Below, in pieces: positions 1-18,900 of a DNA stretch of 64,000 nucleotides. Both the position numbers and the translations under genes were made by a program. The DNA is taken from NCBI GenBank assembly GCA_965285935.1, contig OZ260663.1, positions 22,196,001-22,260,000 of the forward strand, in the 5' to 3' direction. Numbering within the stretch: position 1 is the stretch's first letter; each line of letters begins with the position of its first letter. Source of the stretch: Ophelia neglecta. Taxonomy: Eukaryota. The notes beneath the pieces were generated by a model, which searched no databases, was not told where the DNA came from, and saw only the letters and a list, made by a program, of their open reading frames with translations.

Positions 1-5332
<5,332 letters not shown>

Positions 5333-7128
5333 AGCGACAGAAAAGTCTCCGAAACTATATCTGAACTGTGTTGAGAGAACTAGATTTTCTCACACCTCCA
5401 GAATGCAGATTCGAAGTGACTTGCGTATCAACCTCAGCTTCCTTTTGTATACTCGTAGAAGGATGTACCCAAAGGGCCTGAATTGGATCTGTCATTATTA
5501 TCTCATTATCATCTACAGCAGACAGTGATGTATGATTATATAATGATCATTTTTGTTTGTAGAGATTCAAATGACATCACTGTGCCAGACAGGACTTGAT
5601 GTCATGTGAGTACGGGAAAGGCCGTAAAGGTTGATAAGGAATTGAGGGTGAAATGATAAGATGAAACGATAGTAGAAAAAAAAACCTCCGTCTGATGTTT
5701 ACACGGATGGTACCGTCACTCGACAATATATATATATATATCTATATATCTATATCAGGAAATTTTGGCGGCTAATGTGCTATGTCCCTTATGACCATTT
5801 ACTCAACAGTCACTCGACAGTCACTCTACAGTTATTTTGGAATGCTTCCTCTCAATCAATATTAGCATTGGTTTGTCTGTGATGAGAGTCAGTGGTGGGT
5901 CCACAAATATGGAGCTGGTGATCAAGATCATTTTCCCCCGGTTTTTAAGTCCCCCGGACTCAATAATTTAGCTTATAATAACACCCAAGGGATAATACAT
6001 ACCAGTGTTTTTGAGCGGCGGACCCTATAAACCAGGATTTCGAGACCGGATCCCAAATATATACTAGACCGCAGGACTTACAGTACTAGGGTTTCAAGAT
6101 CGGGGACTCCTGTACCTGGGTTTGGGTTAGTAAATGTAGTCCTGGGGTCTGAGGGGCAGTGTGTGGAAGGATGGGGTGTGGTTGTGGGATTGAGGGGGTG
6201 GGTTCTCCAACAGAAGAGCAAGGTCGGGAGCCCCTTTTAAATCATGGCTCAGGTATCCAACCCACTAGTGACACCTAAACTCTTTCACCGACCTTTACCC
6301 AATTCCCTTTCGCCGGGCCTTGTCACCTCACTATCGCGAACATGCCTCCATAGGAATGACAGATAGGGAACGATTCTCAAACAAAAATTTGACAATTTAA
6401 TTATTAAACAACTGGAGGGGCGTGTTGGTAAAGCAGTTAGGGGAATTACGACAATGCGCGCGAGCAGCACTTTACACAAGGATGTGTGCCTCCGCGGAGC
6501 GAAATCGTCAATTTTTGCAGACTTAATAATATTAATCTTACAATTCAAATTGTCAGAATTGATACATCATTAGTTAATTAGAATTTACCTATGCAAATGA
6601 CTGTTAAACATTTCCACGTTTCTAAAACAAGGCCGTAAGGTCATACAGTAGCCGGCTGAGCTGAAATGCCATTGAACACGTACGTCTGTGTATTACTGTA
6701 AATAGATTTTTTTTTATAGAAATTCCGTTCATCATGTAAAGAATATTTCAATTCAGATGAACGCTAAGAGTATGATTGTGCAAAAATACTCTCGATACCA
6801 TTTGTTTACTACAAATATGTTAATCGGATTTAGTATAATCCTTTGGAGTTTCGACAACAAGGATATAACCCTTGGGCTTCCATTTCATTTATTTATGAAC
6901 TAAAACTACTCTTTCAGTGCGCTTTGCTTTTTTCCATGATTCCCTTTATAATGTTTCTCTGCTATGATTTTGTGATATGAGAATTTACAGTCATGTATCT
7001 CCATTGTGAGATGCTTGGCGTCTGATCTTTAAAGTAATCACCCAAAGTCGATCATCAATAAAACCATTTTGCTTCACAAACTTGTATATGTCCGGCCATT
7101 GACCTAAGTTCGGCCACCTATCTCTAGT

Positions 7129-7227
7129 GCCTACAGCACCCAATGCCCCCCAACTTCTCAGGAGCTAAGCTAGGGCAGGCCGTGGGTGACAGTACACTGG
7201 GTATTATGTAACCCGCTTATGTTGTAG
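7129..7227 (+). pseudogene. Possible highly degenerate 5S rRNA-derived sequence (pseudogene or SINE3-like head)
   Basis: Begins gcctac, contains tctcaggagctaagctagggcaggccgtgg...agtac resembling the 5S box A region TCTCGGAAGCTAAGCAGGGTCGGGCCTGGTTAGTAC, and ends gttgtag. Box C is not recognisable. Confidence 0.3.
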
Positions 7228-9528
7228 TGTTAGTTATTGTTTATTATATTCTAATAAACCTGGAATAAAGTTTATGCCCTAGCAATTTTACCCGACTTTT
7301 CTGTATGTGTAAATTATGTTACCCTATTTGTATTAAGTATAAAATTTGATTCTTAGCACCTCCAAACTTAGGTTGGCATCGTCAAAGGACATGACAAGGA
7401 CGAACATAAAGACGCATTTCAGAAGTTCTACCCATCGGCTTCGCAGAGCATATTTATTACTTGATTCCTCCGGCCAAAACAATGAGAAAAACGTGAGTCA
7501 AATTATTCCAGCGGCCTGTCGGACATTTCAAAATTTCACCGTGAAAGGACACAATAACACGATGAAAATAAGGTGTTTTGTGACATTGAACAGTTTTAGA
7601 ACCAATAAAAAGAAAAAAATATGTTTTTATTTTCTCATTATTGCGTAATCTGAAGCAAATCTGAAAATCAGAAGTTTAAAAGAACATCACGTGTAAAATA
7701 TTACTCAATTAGACCTAACGTCGGCCTCCCCTGGTCTTAATGTCGGCCTCCCATGAAGCTTTGTTTGGCCCACCTTGCGTCTTTAGTTGAGCCGACCGGA
7801 TTGTACCTGGTCGACCTTAGGTCATATTGCTGCAGTAAAAAAGGTTATCTAATCACCACATGAAGAATCTAAGACCTAAATTAATCATACAGCTTTGTAT
7901 CTCTATCATTAAAAAGAAAAAATAAAAAAATAAAGGTCAATGACATACAGAGGCTCAAAGGCGCGATCGAACCCCGTCCCCAAATATGTGGAAGCAGGTA
8001 TAGTTGCTAATTGTGAAACAATTTAAATTTTTCAAGAAGTTGGGGTTGATTTGAAGCAAATATTATATCAAAAGGGAGGGATTAGAAAGACCCATTTTGT
8101 TTTAAAGAAGGAGACGCAAAATGAAGGACTAGGCTCCCCTGCCCCCCCCCCCATCCCCACCCCCACCCATCTTCACTATTTTAACGCTGCTGACGTTAAG
8201 CAATACCAAGATTATATAATCACCTAGATCCCAACTTCCTACACGAGTCAATAGCAGATGATTGATAAGGCACGAGTTTAAGAAATGTTGGACAACTTAA
8301 TTATGAGATCATCGGTATGTTTGTGAACCAGACAGCAGAATTCCGACCCAGGGATCAGATCAAGGAACCCGCGTCCTTTTAGGCGGAATATGTCTGGGTC
8401 TCGACATATTATATATAATTTAGTCGAGACACAGACACTTGAAACAAATTCCAGTTGTCATGATTGATACATCGCTTATTTACACTTTAATTAACCAGAG
8501 GATAGGTCATTTCGCACATTTGCCCACGTTGAAATTCCAAGTAAGAAAAAATGATAAGCATTGAAGCAGAAAGCCTATTGTAAACTGTCTATTTGCGTCT
8601 CTTAAACTATTCCCAGCCGCGTTAACTAATGTTTTTTTCCTAAATATATATTTTTGACAATCCTAGTTACCGTCACTTCCAAATCATTATTTAGAAACCC
8701 CACCCGAGCGAGATACATAGCCCTGCGAACAGTAGTACTGAAGTACTGAAGTACTGAAACAGGTTATGATGTGCTAAAATGCAGTCATCGTGGGGGCAGC
8801 CCACGGGAGACACAGTCTAGTGAGCTCAAAACAAGCTCTTTAAGTAGTGAGGGAGACATTACGACTTTTCTCGATCTATTGCAAATTTACAAAACTTGGC
8901 GAATTTCACAATTTGGCCGATCACAAAAATTGGTGTCCTGAAAGAGTATGCTGTTTAACGAGCAATTGTATGGTAAATAAACTGATAAACACTAAACTTG
9001 AATTGATTGACTTGCTCTAATTGTATTGCTTATTTGCTTTTATAGTCATACTGTGTACTCTATTGAAACTCTCCCACCAACATAACCAGTGGTGTTCTTA
9101 TTATCTTGCAAGGTAGGTTTGTTATATTCTAGATCCTCAGTGTTGTACGGGATAGAGCCTATTCCATTACAGGCCACCAAGAACACAATTTCAATCATAT
9201 GCCACCCCATTGTCTTGAGCCAAGATCATGTAGAACAAGTGACTTTTAAAAAGCCATTATCGAAGGCTCATAGTGTGGCATTACGCTGCAAAATTGCAGG
9301 AAGATGGTTGTATAGTGAATTAATTAATAAACAAATCAGGTATGACATCAGGTAGGACAAATATACATTTTATTAAACTAAGTACATCATCTCAGTCACA
9401 AGTCATTTCAAAATTACTAAAGTGGTAATTCTGCTGGGGATGGTTTGGTATTTTGGCCTGCCTTCAGTGAGCTCAGTGTCAGGCACCTGTAATGATTAAA
9501 AGAGAATGCAAGATTATTATGTGTAAAT

Positions 9529-10402
9529 CAGAGATGGGGTCAAATACTTTATGAAGTTTTCAATACAAATACAAAACTTCTGATTTTTCAAAAACAATTC
9601 AAATACAAATACTTTCTTTGTAAAAGTATTTAAGTGCAAATACTTTCAAATGTATTTAAATACAAATACTGTCATGAATTAATTAGTGTTTACATTTTGC
9701 TTTGAAATTTCATTCTTGCTTTCTTACTAGTCATAGCGATCAACACCACATCTGATCAGTGACGGCTATCAAGTGATGGTCCTGACATAATTCTTTACTT
9801 TACACAGGTTGTTTCCCAGGAACTAATTGCCTAAATGCAATTAGTGACACTTTAGTCAACACAAATTAAATGATAATTATGTCACCCCTTTTGTTTTGTG
9901 TTAGGAGTGTATGGAGGAAATATAACACACTTAAGACATGGTGCCTAACTTATTGCATTTGAGTCGTTTTCAGGTCGCTCGGGATTGTTTGAACAATCAG
10001 AAGTTTAACACCCTCTAACATAGCTACTGCCCTGACTGTTCCCTGGCTAACCTATGAAGCTAATATATTCCTATTGGTCAGTTACATTGTGGGCTTTTAC
10101 CTGGGAGGGTGTAGCCCAGCAAGAGGTCCTATACAGTTGTTCAATATGTGTTCTGATGTGTTCAGCTCAGGTAGTAAACACTGCAAATGCAGTGTGCCTG
10201 GTTAGACAACTACCTTAGTCTAACCTAATTTTCCACATTAGTATTAAGTAACATGTATTTTAAAACGAATTTGGTATTTCAAATATTTCTGGTAAGTATT
10301 TAGATACAAATACAAATGCATCTTGTTTTAAAATACAAATACTTCAAGAATGTATTTTAATACTTTCAAATACAAATCCAATTGTATTGGACCCCATCTC
10401 TG
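9529..10402. mobile_element. Non-autonomous hAT-type DNA transposon (MITE)
   Basis: TIRs cagagatggggtcaaatac / gtattggaccccatctctg, 8-bp TSD gtgtaaat / gtgtgaat (1 mismatch), and many subterminal aaatacaaatac repeats at both ends. Confidence 0.8.
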
Positions 10403-11344
10403 GTGTGAATCCCGGGGTGCGAATGCATACATGTGAATGCATACACTTTAATCGAGATAGTAGGACAGAAAACCGTCTAGAGTTCAAGCTTAGATTTGTA
10501 ATCAGGTGATGTCACTGATGTTTCATATGAGTTGGCGAAAATTCAGGACGATTGTGATGAAACTTTTACTCACATTTTCAGCAGAAATCCTTTATATGTG
10601 TGACGTGAATCCAGTCCAGTTGTAGCTGTGTATTGTTGGATAGTTGTCGTTTATTCTCTATTTGCTGTTTTATGTTTCAAAGTGTACACAGTTGTTGTCT
10701 ACTGATCTGCATCCACCATTTCTGACCGGATGTTGTCATCGGAAACCAGCGCACAATCCTGTGAGATGTCGGATTAATCCGCGCTCGCAAAGTAGTCCAC
10801 TTCGTAAATACCCAATTTCATGCTGTCGCTTGCTTAAAGTCTCATCAAATTACTCCGATAAAGCTTTTCCAAATATGCTAAAATCATCGTAATATTTAAG
10901 AGGGCGACTGACGCGAGTTTTGACCTTGTAGTGTTTTGATATGTTGCCCGAAATAAAGTGCGATACAAGTTAATATATATGCAAAGGTTCAATATTTCGA
11001 CCAGGGTGAGAAGGTTGTCAAGAAATACCAGCAAGTGGAAAAATAACCTATTTTTGTCGGTTAAACTGACGAGGCTGCGATGTTCTTTTATTTTTACCAC
11101 ATTGCACCAATCGTTGTGTGTACTGGGACCGAGCGTAGGCCATAGAACAATCAATTAAGATGTCAAGTTTAGGTTAGATTATCACCTATGCCCTGATAAC
11201 CCGGGCACTCCACCCTTAGACTCGTGCAATTTCAGAATGAAAACAAGTGGAACAGTAGCGCCATCAAGTGCGCTACATCTACCACCACAAAATAAATAAA
11301 GCAGGCAAGCCTCGTAACTCGTAGGTCAAAGGTCACTGTTCGCT

Positions 11345-14300
11345 AAAAGATATCGCCAAGATCCTAAATATAACTGGCGCTTGGCGGAGGAACCAGAGGT
11401 TTATTGCCAATATCGGGATGCTCTAGAGGCTCAACTACATATTACTTGCTCGAATAACAATATCATCAAAACAGACGAGGATTTGAACAATGATTACCTT
11501 GGTGTTGTTAAAGCTATTGAAAACGCTGCCGAAATATCAATCCCAAAACGGAAAGGTGACTGCATCCTTAGGTCATACTGGAAAACTGGAGGTATGAAAG
11601 ACCTCCACCGTGATATGATGCGATTTCGGGAGATTCGGAAAGTCGACGGTAAACCCAGAGGAAACGAGTCCAAGACTTTTCGCGACTATAAAAATAGCAA
11701 AAGAGTTTTTACGGCTAAAAATGAGAAATTTAGAAATACAATCTCAGACAAATCGGTTTAACGACATGGACCTTGATCGAAATAAATAATGGCGCATATT
11801 GAAGAGAAATAAAAATTCTCCACCGACAGGAGCGCCCCCCCCCCCCCCCCCTCAACATCAATGGTAACATAAATGCCAACACTGATGAAATATTGGACAG
11901 TTGGACAGAGCATTTCAATGATTTATATACTCCAAATGCTTCCCCTAATTATGATATAGTAAATAAGCTGATAGTCGAAGGTCAAATCCAAGAGTTAGTG
12001 AGAAAAACGGAAAGGGAAGCTGATGAGATAATGGGTTCCCCCATTACATCGTCGGAAGTTTTTGACATTCTAAAAAAAAATTGAAAAATAACAAAGCCGG
12101 GGGTCATGACAGACTTACTTACGAACATCTGAAGCTTGGAAAATTTGACCTGTCACATCGGCTTGCTGATCTTTTTAACTTTAGGTATGAACGAGAATTC
12201 GTCCCTCTTGACATGAAACACGGTATTATCTTTACCCTATATAAAGGAAAAAGAAAGTACGAAGATGACCGACGTAACTACCGAGGCATAACTTTGCTAC
12301 CGGTGATTTACAAAGTCCTAGAGAGAATAATTTTAAACAGGCATCTATCATGGCTAGAAGTAAATGATATCGACTTTCCCAACGAAATGCAAAACGCTTA
12401 TCAAAAACAAAAGTGTTGCCTAATGTCAGCACTCACGGTCCAAGAAGCGGTGTGTTATTGTCAAGAGCAAAACTCACCGGTGTATTCTTGCTTCCTCGAC
12501 GCCGTAACGGCCTTTGACTCTGTATGGCATGATGGTCTTTTTTTCAAGTGACATGAGCTAGGCTTTAAAGGAAAGTGCTGGAAACTACTGCGAAATAGCT
12601 ACAAAGACATGACAGCACAGGTATCTATTAACGGTGAGCTCTCGAAATACATACCTGTGTTACAGTCTTCTCGGCAAGGATCCATACTGGGAGCCTGGTA
12701 TTATATTGGATTTAATAACGACCTAATACACAAACTTAAACGTTCTGGTTTCGGGGTGTCCATTGGGGATCTGTACTGTGGATCTCCGATACAAGCTGAC
12801 GATCTCGCACTACTTGCACTTTCACCGATCAGATTGCAGACAATGATTGATATATGCGTAGATTATAGCAACAGATGGCGCTTTGACTTTAATCCAACCA
12901 AAACTAAAATTGTCATATTTGGAAAGAACAACCAGATTAATACAAAATTTCCTTGGATGCTAAACGGTGCCACTCTAGAAGTAGTCGATACTTTTATTCA
13001 CCTTGGTATTCTTCTTAATAGAAATAACAACTCCCATGAGAGGACTAAAAGTGCTGCGAATAAACTAAAGTGATGTCTGGCATCTCTCAGGTCTTACGGA
13101 GGTCACTCTGAGGTTTTAAACCCGTTAACAACGTCTGCCCTGTATAATTCTATCATTTTACCCCGATGCATGTTCGGTTGCGAGCTTTGGTGCCAGTTAT
13201 CAAGTGGAGAAATGGACATATTGGAAAAGGCCCACAGGTATGCTGGCAAGTCCATACAAGGCCTCCATCCGCGAACTAGGACTATTGTTGCTTACGGTAT
13301 GTTTGGTTGGATCCCCTTTAGGAACTATCTTGACATGAAAAAACTCACATTCCTTGGGAGAATGTGCCGACTGTCAGAAAAACACCCGCAAAATAATCCA
13401 CAAAAGACTTACCGAACAGTCAAAAAACGACCGGACCCTGCGCTCGTCTTTTCAAAAGATATGGTAAATCTGCTAGTGGAACTGGAACTGAGCAGTAACA
13501 TAACAAGCTATCTGACAGGCACTCCATGGCCAGCGAAATGTCAATGGAACAAAATAGTGTCTGGTGCTCTTATTAAAAGGGAGCAATGAGCAATGAAATA
13601 GATGTAAAGAACCCTGTGTTGACGATTGTCTAAAACTATTGCAAGCTGGAACCGTTAGTATATATTGGTGTTTGTGTCTAAAATACCCAAGGTTAAAGAA
13701 ACCTTTGGAAAATACAGCGAAACTCGTTGCTCGGTATGGTTTGTCAAGTCAGTGTCAATTATGCGGAAAATATTCTCTAGACTCCGTTGCACACGTACTT
13801 GTGGAATGCGCCGAGGTTAGTGAAAAAAGATATTTTTTCTGGACTATAGTTTTCAATGACTTTGAAGTGAAAGACAGTGTTTTTTTATTTAATCTTCAAA
13901 AAAAAGATTTGTCAATGGTTATTTGCGGGCTTTTAGAACTAGACTCCAATATTGTCAGGGAAAATTTGATAAGCCTATTTGCAAAAATATTCCACGGAAC
14001 TGTTCACGATATGGTCTGTAAATTTATTTAAGACAGGTATAGACATACAATAATGTCCTTCGTCGAATAATTTATACACGGTTTAAACTAGGTCCACTAT
14101 AACGTATACTGTAAATGTTCTCATTTCGATATTCCATACAGGTTATTTTTTTTTCTATTTTTTTTTATGTATATGTGTGTATGAGGGGCTTATGAATGTG
14201 TATGTATATGTTTATGTGCGTATATATATAAGTGTGTATGTATGCCAGTGCGCGTACATATGTATGTATATGAGGGTGTGTGGGCTTGGCGTTTATATAT

Positions 14301-14380
14301 AATTGTCTCTTTTACTATCCATTAATGTAATATATACATTATACTCTCCTACAAATGGAGGAAATAAAGTCTATAATATA
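11345..14380 (+). mobile_element. 5'-truncated, disrupted non-LTR retrotransposon (RTE-X-like LINE): RT plus C-terminal CCHC region and 3' UTR
   Basis: Consecutive ORF fragments 11381-14031 are broken by stops and frameshifts. Motifs: KAGGHDRLTYEHLK, NYRGITLLPVIYKVLE, CFLDAVTAFDSVWHDGL, RQGSILG, SPIQADD, FNPTKT, HLG, CQLCGKYSLDSVAHVLVEC. The TG/TA-rich 3' UTR ends in a ctcc-tacaaat-ggag hairpin plus AATAAA. Confidence 0.9.
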
Positions 14381-14383
14381 CGG

Positions 14384-15995
14384 TTTTTTTTTTAATTGAT
14401 TTATGTTTATTCTCCTCAACCTAATGAGAGCTTTCATACAAAATGTTTAACTATTTACAATTATATATATGCATAATTGGTCGTCTATTTAACTAATGTT
14501 CAGACACTAATGCATTGATAGTATAGTTTAACAGTAGTCATATTTAAACATGGCTTTAGCAAATGGACCGAATTTACTGGCTACAATCTTCAACAAAATA
14601 CACTTCGATTCATCATCTATAATAACTATTCCAAGTAATGTTCTAACTAGATCATCCATGTCGTCGATGTTGAACAAAGTCACTGATTGTAGGACTGGCA
14701 GTTCGTTAAATATGTCAGTCCACATTTCGTCGCGATTCTGTTTAAGGAATATGCATCCAGTTTCGCAAAACATATGATGAAAAGGACTGACAATGAGCTC
14801 CTGACACAGTTGACATGAAAGTATTAGGGCTGAATTGTACAGGCTAAATAAAGTTATCAGGTTCAGGCATTGGTTTTTGATGGAAATATCTCCTTTCGCA
14901 AGGACATACAGTTCTAGCGGGCGAAAGTTTGAGAAAATATTGGAAAAAATATTAAGATCTTTTTCTGTCTTTGAAAGTTCCCCTATGCGGTCTAATTCTT
15001 TCTGCCGGATAGCTCTTTTTACCAAGCATTTCCATCCGGATTTCGTGACACCCTTATCAAAATCACCTACTCCAACACAAAAATGCTTGTCCAGACTGTA
15101 TTTAGACAAAATGCGTAGCGTGTCAGGGATGAATCCCCTCTGCTGGCAATCTGTGTCCAATTCAGCCAGTCTCTTGTGAAATATTGCACTTGCCAAATGC
15201 CTCTCTGGGGACAAGGTACAAAGTTTGTGCAAAAATACAAGCTTCTTTATTTCGAGCTCACATTCGATATTAAACCATCCCAGGGTTCCGAGAGCAATAA
15301 TCGTGTGAGTGCGTTTCGGCATGCCCTGTATCGATTTGGCTGCATACCGGTGCATGACTTCTAGTTCATTAATTTCAGCCTTCGAAAGATCGTTCCAGAG
15401 TTCGGACCCATGGAGAGCTGATGGGACAGTAATATGGCGATATAGTCGGGCTGAGGTGAGGGGATGGAGTCCACCAGCTGACACACCGACACCGGCCATC
15501 CCAGCAAGCTGACACCTGCCTTTAATGGCTGCTGCATGAGTCCTGTCGGCAGACTTGAAGTCTGTGGAGAGTGCTATGCCAACATGAGTTTCGGTGTACG
15601 CTTCTTCAACCTCCATGTTTCCGAGCCACCATTCGCGCCAGCTCTTATTGACCGTGAGCTGGCGTTTGGTTTCTCCAAAAACTAGAACCGAGCTTTTTTT
15701 TGCTGAGAACTTTAAGCGCCACTTCCTGGCGTATTTGTCGGCGGCGTCAAGTAAAGTTTGGAGACCGTTGGGGGACAGTGAAAGTAGCGCGCTGTCGTCC
15801 GCAAGTGTCGGACTCGCCAAGTCCAGCTCATCCCACCTCAAACCAACCTGAGTTTGCTGTATCGTCTCGTGGAAATCAGAATAAGCGATCGCATGAAAGA
15901 GGGTCGATAGTATTCCGCCTTGTTTAATGCTCCGAGAAATTGTAAAGCTGTTGGATAATTCTCATTAAGGTAGCAACACTACTTTCTACTTTGTA
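14384..15995 (-). mobile_element. 5'-truncated non-LTR retrotransposon (RTE-X-like LINE), C-terminal part of ORF2 still open
   Basis: The frame is open from about 15958 to the stop at 14528: SIKQGGILST...LASPTLADD...KFSAKKS...HVG...LHGSELW...CQLCQELIVSPFHHMFCETGC. The 3' end has AATAAA and a poly(A) tail (T run at 14384-14393 on the + strand). Confidence 0.9.
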
Positions 15996-18900
15996 TTGCA
16001 GATGTAGTTGGCGATTCGTGCAAGATGGCGCTGATGCATAATTATGATTGGTACTTCAGCAGACAATTTAGACACGTGCCAAAGCGTGAATTGCCTGTTT
16101 CTTTCGTTGTCGGGCTAAATTTGGCCTGAAGCAAGTGACAGTGTTTTGTCGCCATCAAGCTGATGATTCAAACCTGTATGTGATGCAATAGGCTCGTTTT
16201 CAGTTGATGGCTTGACATGGCGATAAAGATGGCCAAAAGTTCCTTGAATCTGATTGGAATTTCCGCATTCACGCGTGGCATTCATGGGTTTAAATACAAA
16301 GGATCAAAACGAGACTGTTTGGAAAACAAATTTATGGCTTATAATAATAGTGGTCTAAGCGACATTTTCAACATTGTCAACTGCAGAAGTGGATAGTTAT
16401 GGATTTATTAAAATTCGGCATGAATACATGGCACAAAAAGTTTTGTCTATTTGCCAATATTATGTTATGGCTTTCTGTAAATACATATGTTAAGTGGTTT
16501 CTGATTGCTATGAATATAAGACAAACGAGTTAGCCGCTGTGTTATACTTTATTGTTCTGATGTTCCTCTGCTTACAAGTGCGCACCCAGTGGCTTATATA
16601 TGATGTTTCAATGGGTGGGACCTATGTATCATATTGCGCTTCACACTGGTTGAACCAAAGTTTTGGGCTGTGGTCCTTTCAGACTCAAAACAATGGCTTT
16701 ATAAAACGTACACTGAACCAAGTCTTTGCCAAGAGGTGGCTCAGTGCTTCTTTGATGGATTGAGTTGGGGCTTTTGATATACTATGATTTTATTCTTCTT
16801 ACATAATTCCCCATTTAATTTTAGATTAGTCCCTAATCTTGGTCAACCAATGATCCACTTTGCTCAATAGAATACTATTCTAATATTTTCTTTATTAAAC
16901 AATATAATCAGCTCGCAGATTCAATATAGCCTCACACAACAAAATTAAACAACATTTGTATAACAATTATACAGATCATTAGTCTATTATATTTTCTAAT
17001 ACAATAATCTAGTCAATAATTATTATGTGGTTTACACATATATTTAAGGCATATTTATTCGGACTAAATAAATTAATCATCTTCACTGAGGGTATTGATA
17101 TAGCATCATTATATATATTATATATATTATATATTATTTTGTTATATTATATGAAGCTAAGATATCTGCCTACTGTAAATATTTTTCAATTGTCACTTAG
17201 TCCACTTTTGCACTCAACTAGTCCATTATAAAACTAACGCCTTCTCAATTTCTTGAGCATTCTATAGCTGTTAATAAAGAGAAAATTCCATGTCTCCATC
17301 TATCTAATGTTTTTTCTTTATTTCGGAGCTGGAATATTTCTCTAGAAAACGAGTTGTGTAAGAAATGATGTGTTTCGTAATGCTCCTCTGGCATTCACTT
17401 AGCCGATTACAGTATAACGTCACTAAGGCCATTATTGCGCTAAGCCTTTTAAACATTTCCCGAGTCGCCAATTCTTTACTCACAAGTTGGAGCCTTTCCT
17501 ATTGAGATATTAGCTAGCCATTTCCAGCATAGACAATTAATACTACTACCTACGTTAAGCAATTGGTAACTCAATTTGGGTTTGACTTACACTTAGACCA
17601 ATATAGTACTAAGCTATTCAAAGACTACATAATCTTAACCCCCCCCCCCCCCCCCCCATAACACACATAACTCCCAGCCATTGCCTTTTCCAAAAATAAT
17701 CTGGGTATATTATATAACTCCAACCTTCGTTATGTTTGGCATCTCTACGAATGTGATGCTATGTGTATCCAGAAGCGATTCCATATGCAACACACCTATT
17801 TTTAATCTGACTTCACAACAAAGGCATTCAAATGCAAAAAATGGCAGTCACACCTTTGAATGTGACAGACACTCTAACATTGGTATTAACGTATAGCTTT
17901 TTCTGTGGCATATATTTATTTTAACCCAAGTTTGTTAAATGTTTTATTTAGTATACACTTCACACACTTCTATGTGTAAAGCATTACAACCCAGTCTGAA
18001 TGATTCCCACGATAGCAGTGGTGCAGTCGGTACTATCCACATGGCAAATTATGGATGGTTATACAATGATAAATGTTGTCTGTTTATGCCATGTTCCTGT
18101 TATAACAAAGATGACTATGATCGTGATTATGATCAACCACATACTAACTAGTAGTTTTCACAAAACGAGCGTTTTAAGGAGTAGTGAATGACTTTCACAG
18201 TGGCGTCTGGGATATACCTTAGTTATGACGTTTGCCATGTGGAGTTTGCCAGGGGATCACAATCGTGCCCTCAATCGCATTTGGTGAAATTTATGTTTAT
18301 ATTTTGTTTACAAGTGTTCGTCACATTGTTCTAATCGAGCTACAATGCATTGTCGTGCATTGTGGAATCTATATTGCTATAAATAGTGAAGCGACAAAAT
18401 ACTAATTCAATTCAAAATTGATTGATATTGAAAATTAATATTCAAGCAACAAGCCAGACACCTTTTCCTTCATCTTACGTATACACTTTCTTTTTGTTTT
18501 GCGCCTTCATAGATACAAAAGATATTTGTTAAAATCTATTCAGACCTCCTTCTCGGTACTTTCTAAGTGGGACCTGTTACTTTGATATTATATTCCGCTT
18601 TAGTATTAAAGGACATTTGACACCCCTTTTTTCTAGTGTTTAATGAGACACTTTTATCTACACTCTCTAAATATTATAAGAGGTCCTACAACATTATAGC
18701 CTCTCTTGGAACATATTTTATCTCTGTCCTACTTTGAGCCCTGACTCGTTTGTTTTGTGATCTTGTTCGCATCGTGGAAAACTACTGACTACTTCTTATT
18801 GTAAGTAATATCAATTTTTTTGGAATGTTTTATTTTGTTACATGTTTATTTACTCTTCAGTAGCTGGAGATTAATATACTGATGTGTGTGGAGCTGTGGC

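Noticed and set aside
9370-10800. Exon-like minus-strand segments (acceptor near 9487, donor near 10570)
   Set aside because: No open frame or recognisable protein; cannot be supported as a gene without transcript data.
14550-15927. Several plus-strand ORFs overlapping the minus-strand LINE
   Set aside because: Antisense shadows of the LINE ORF2.
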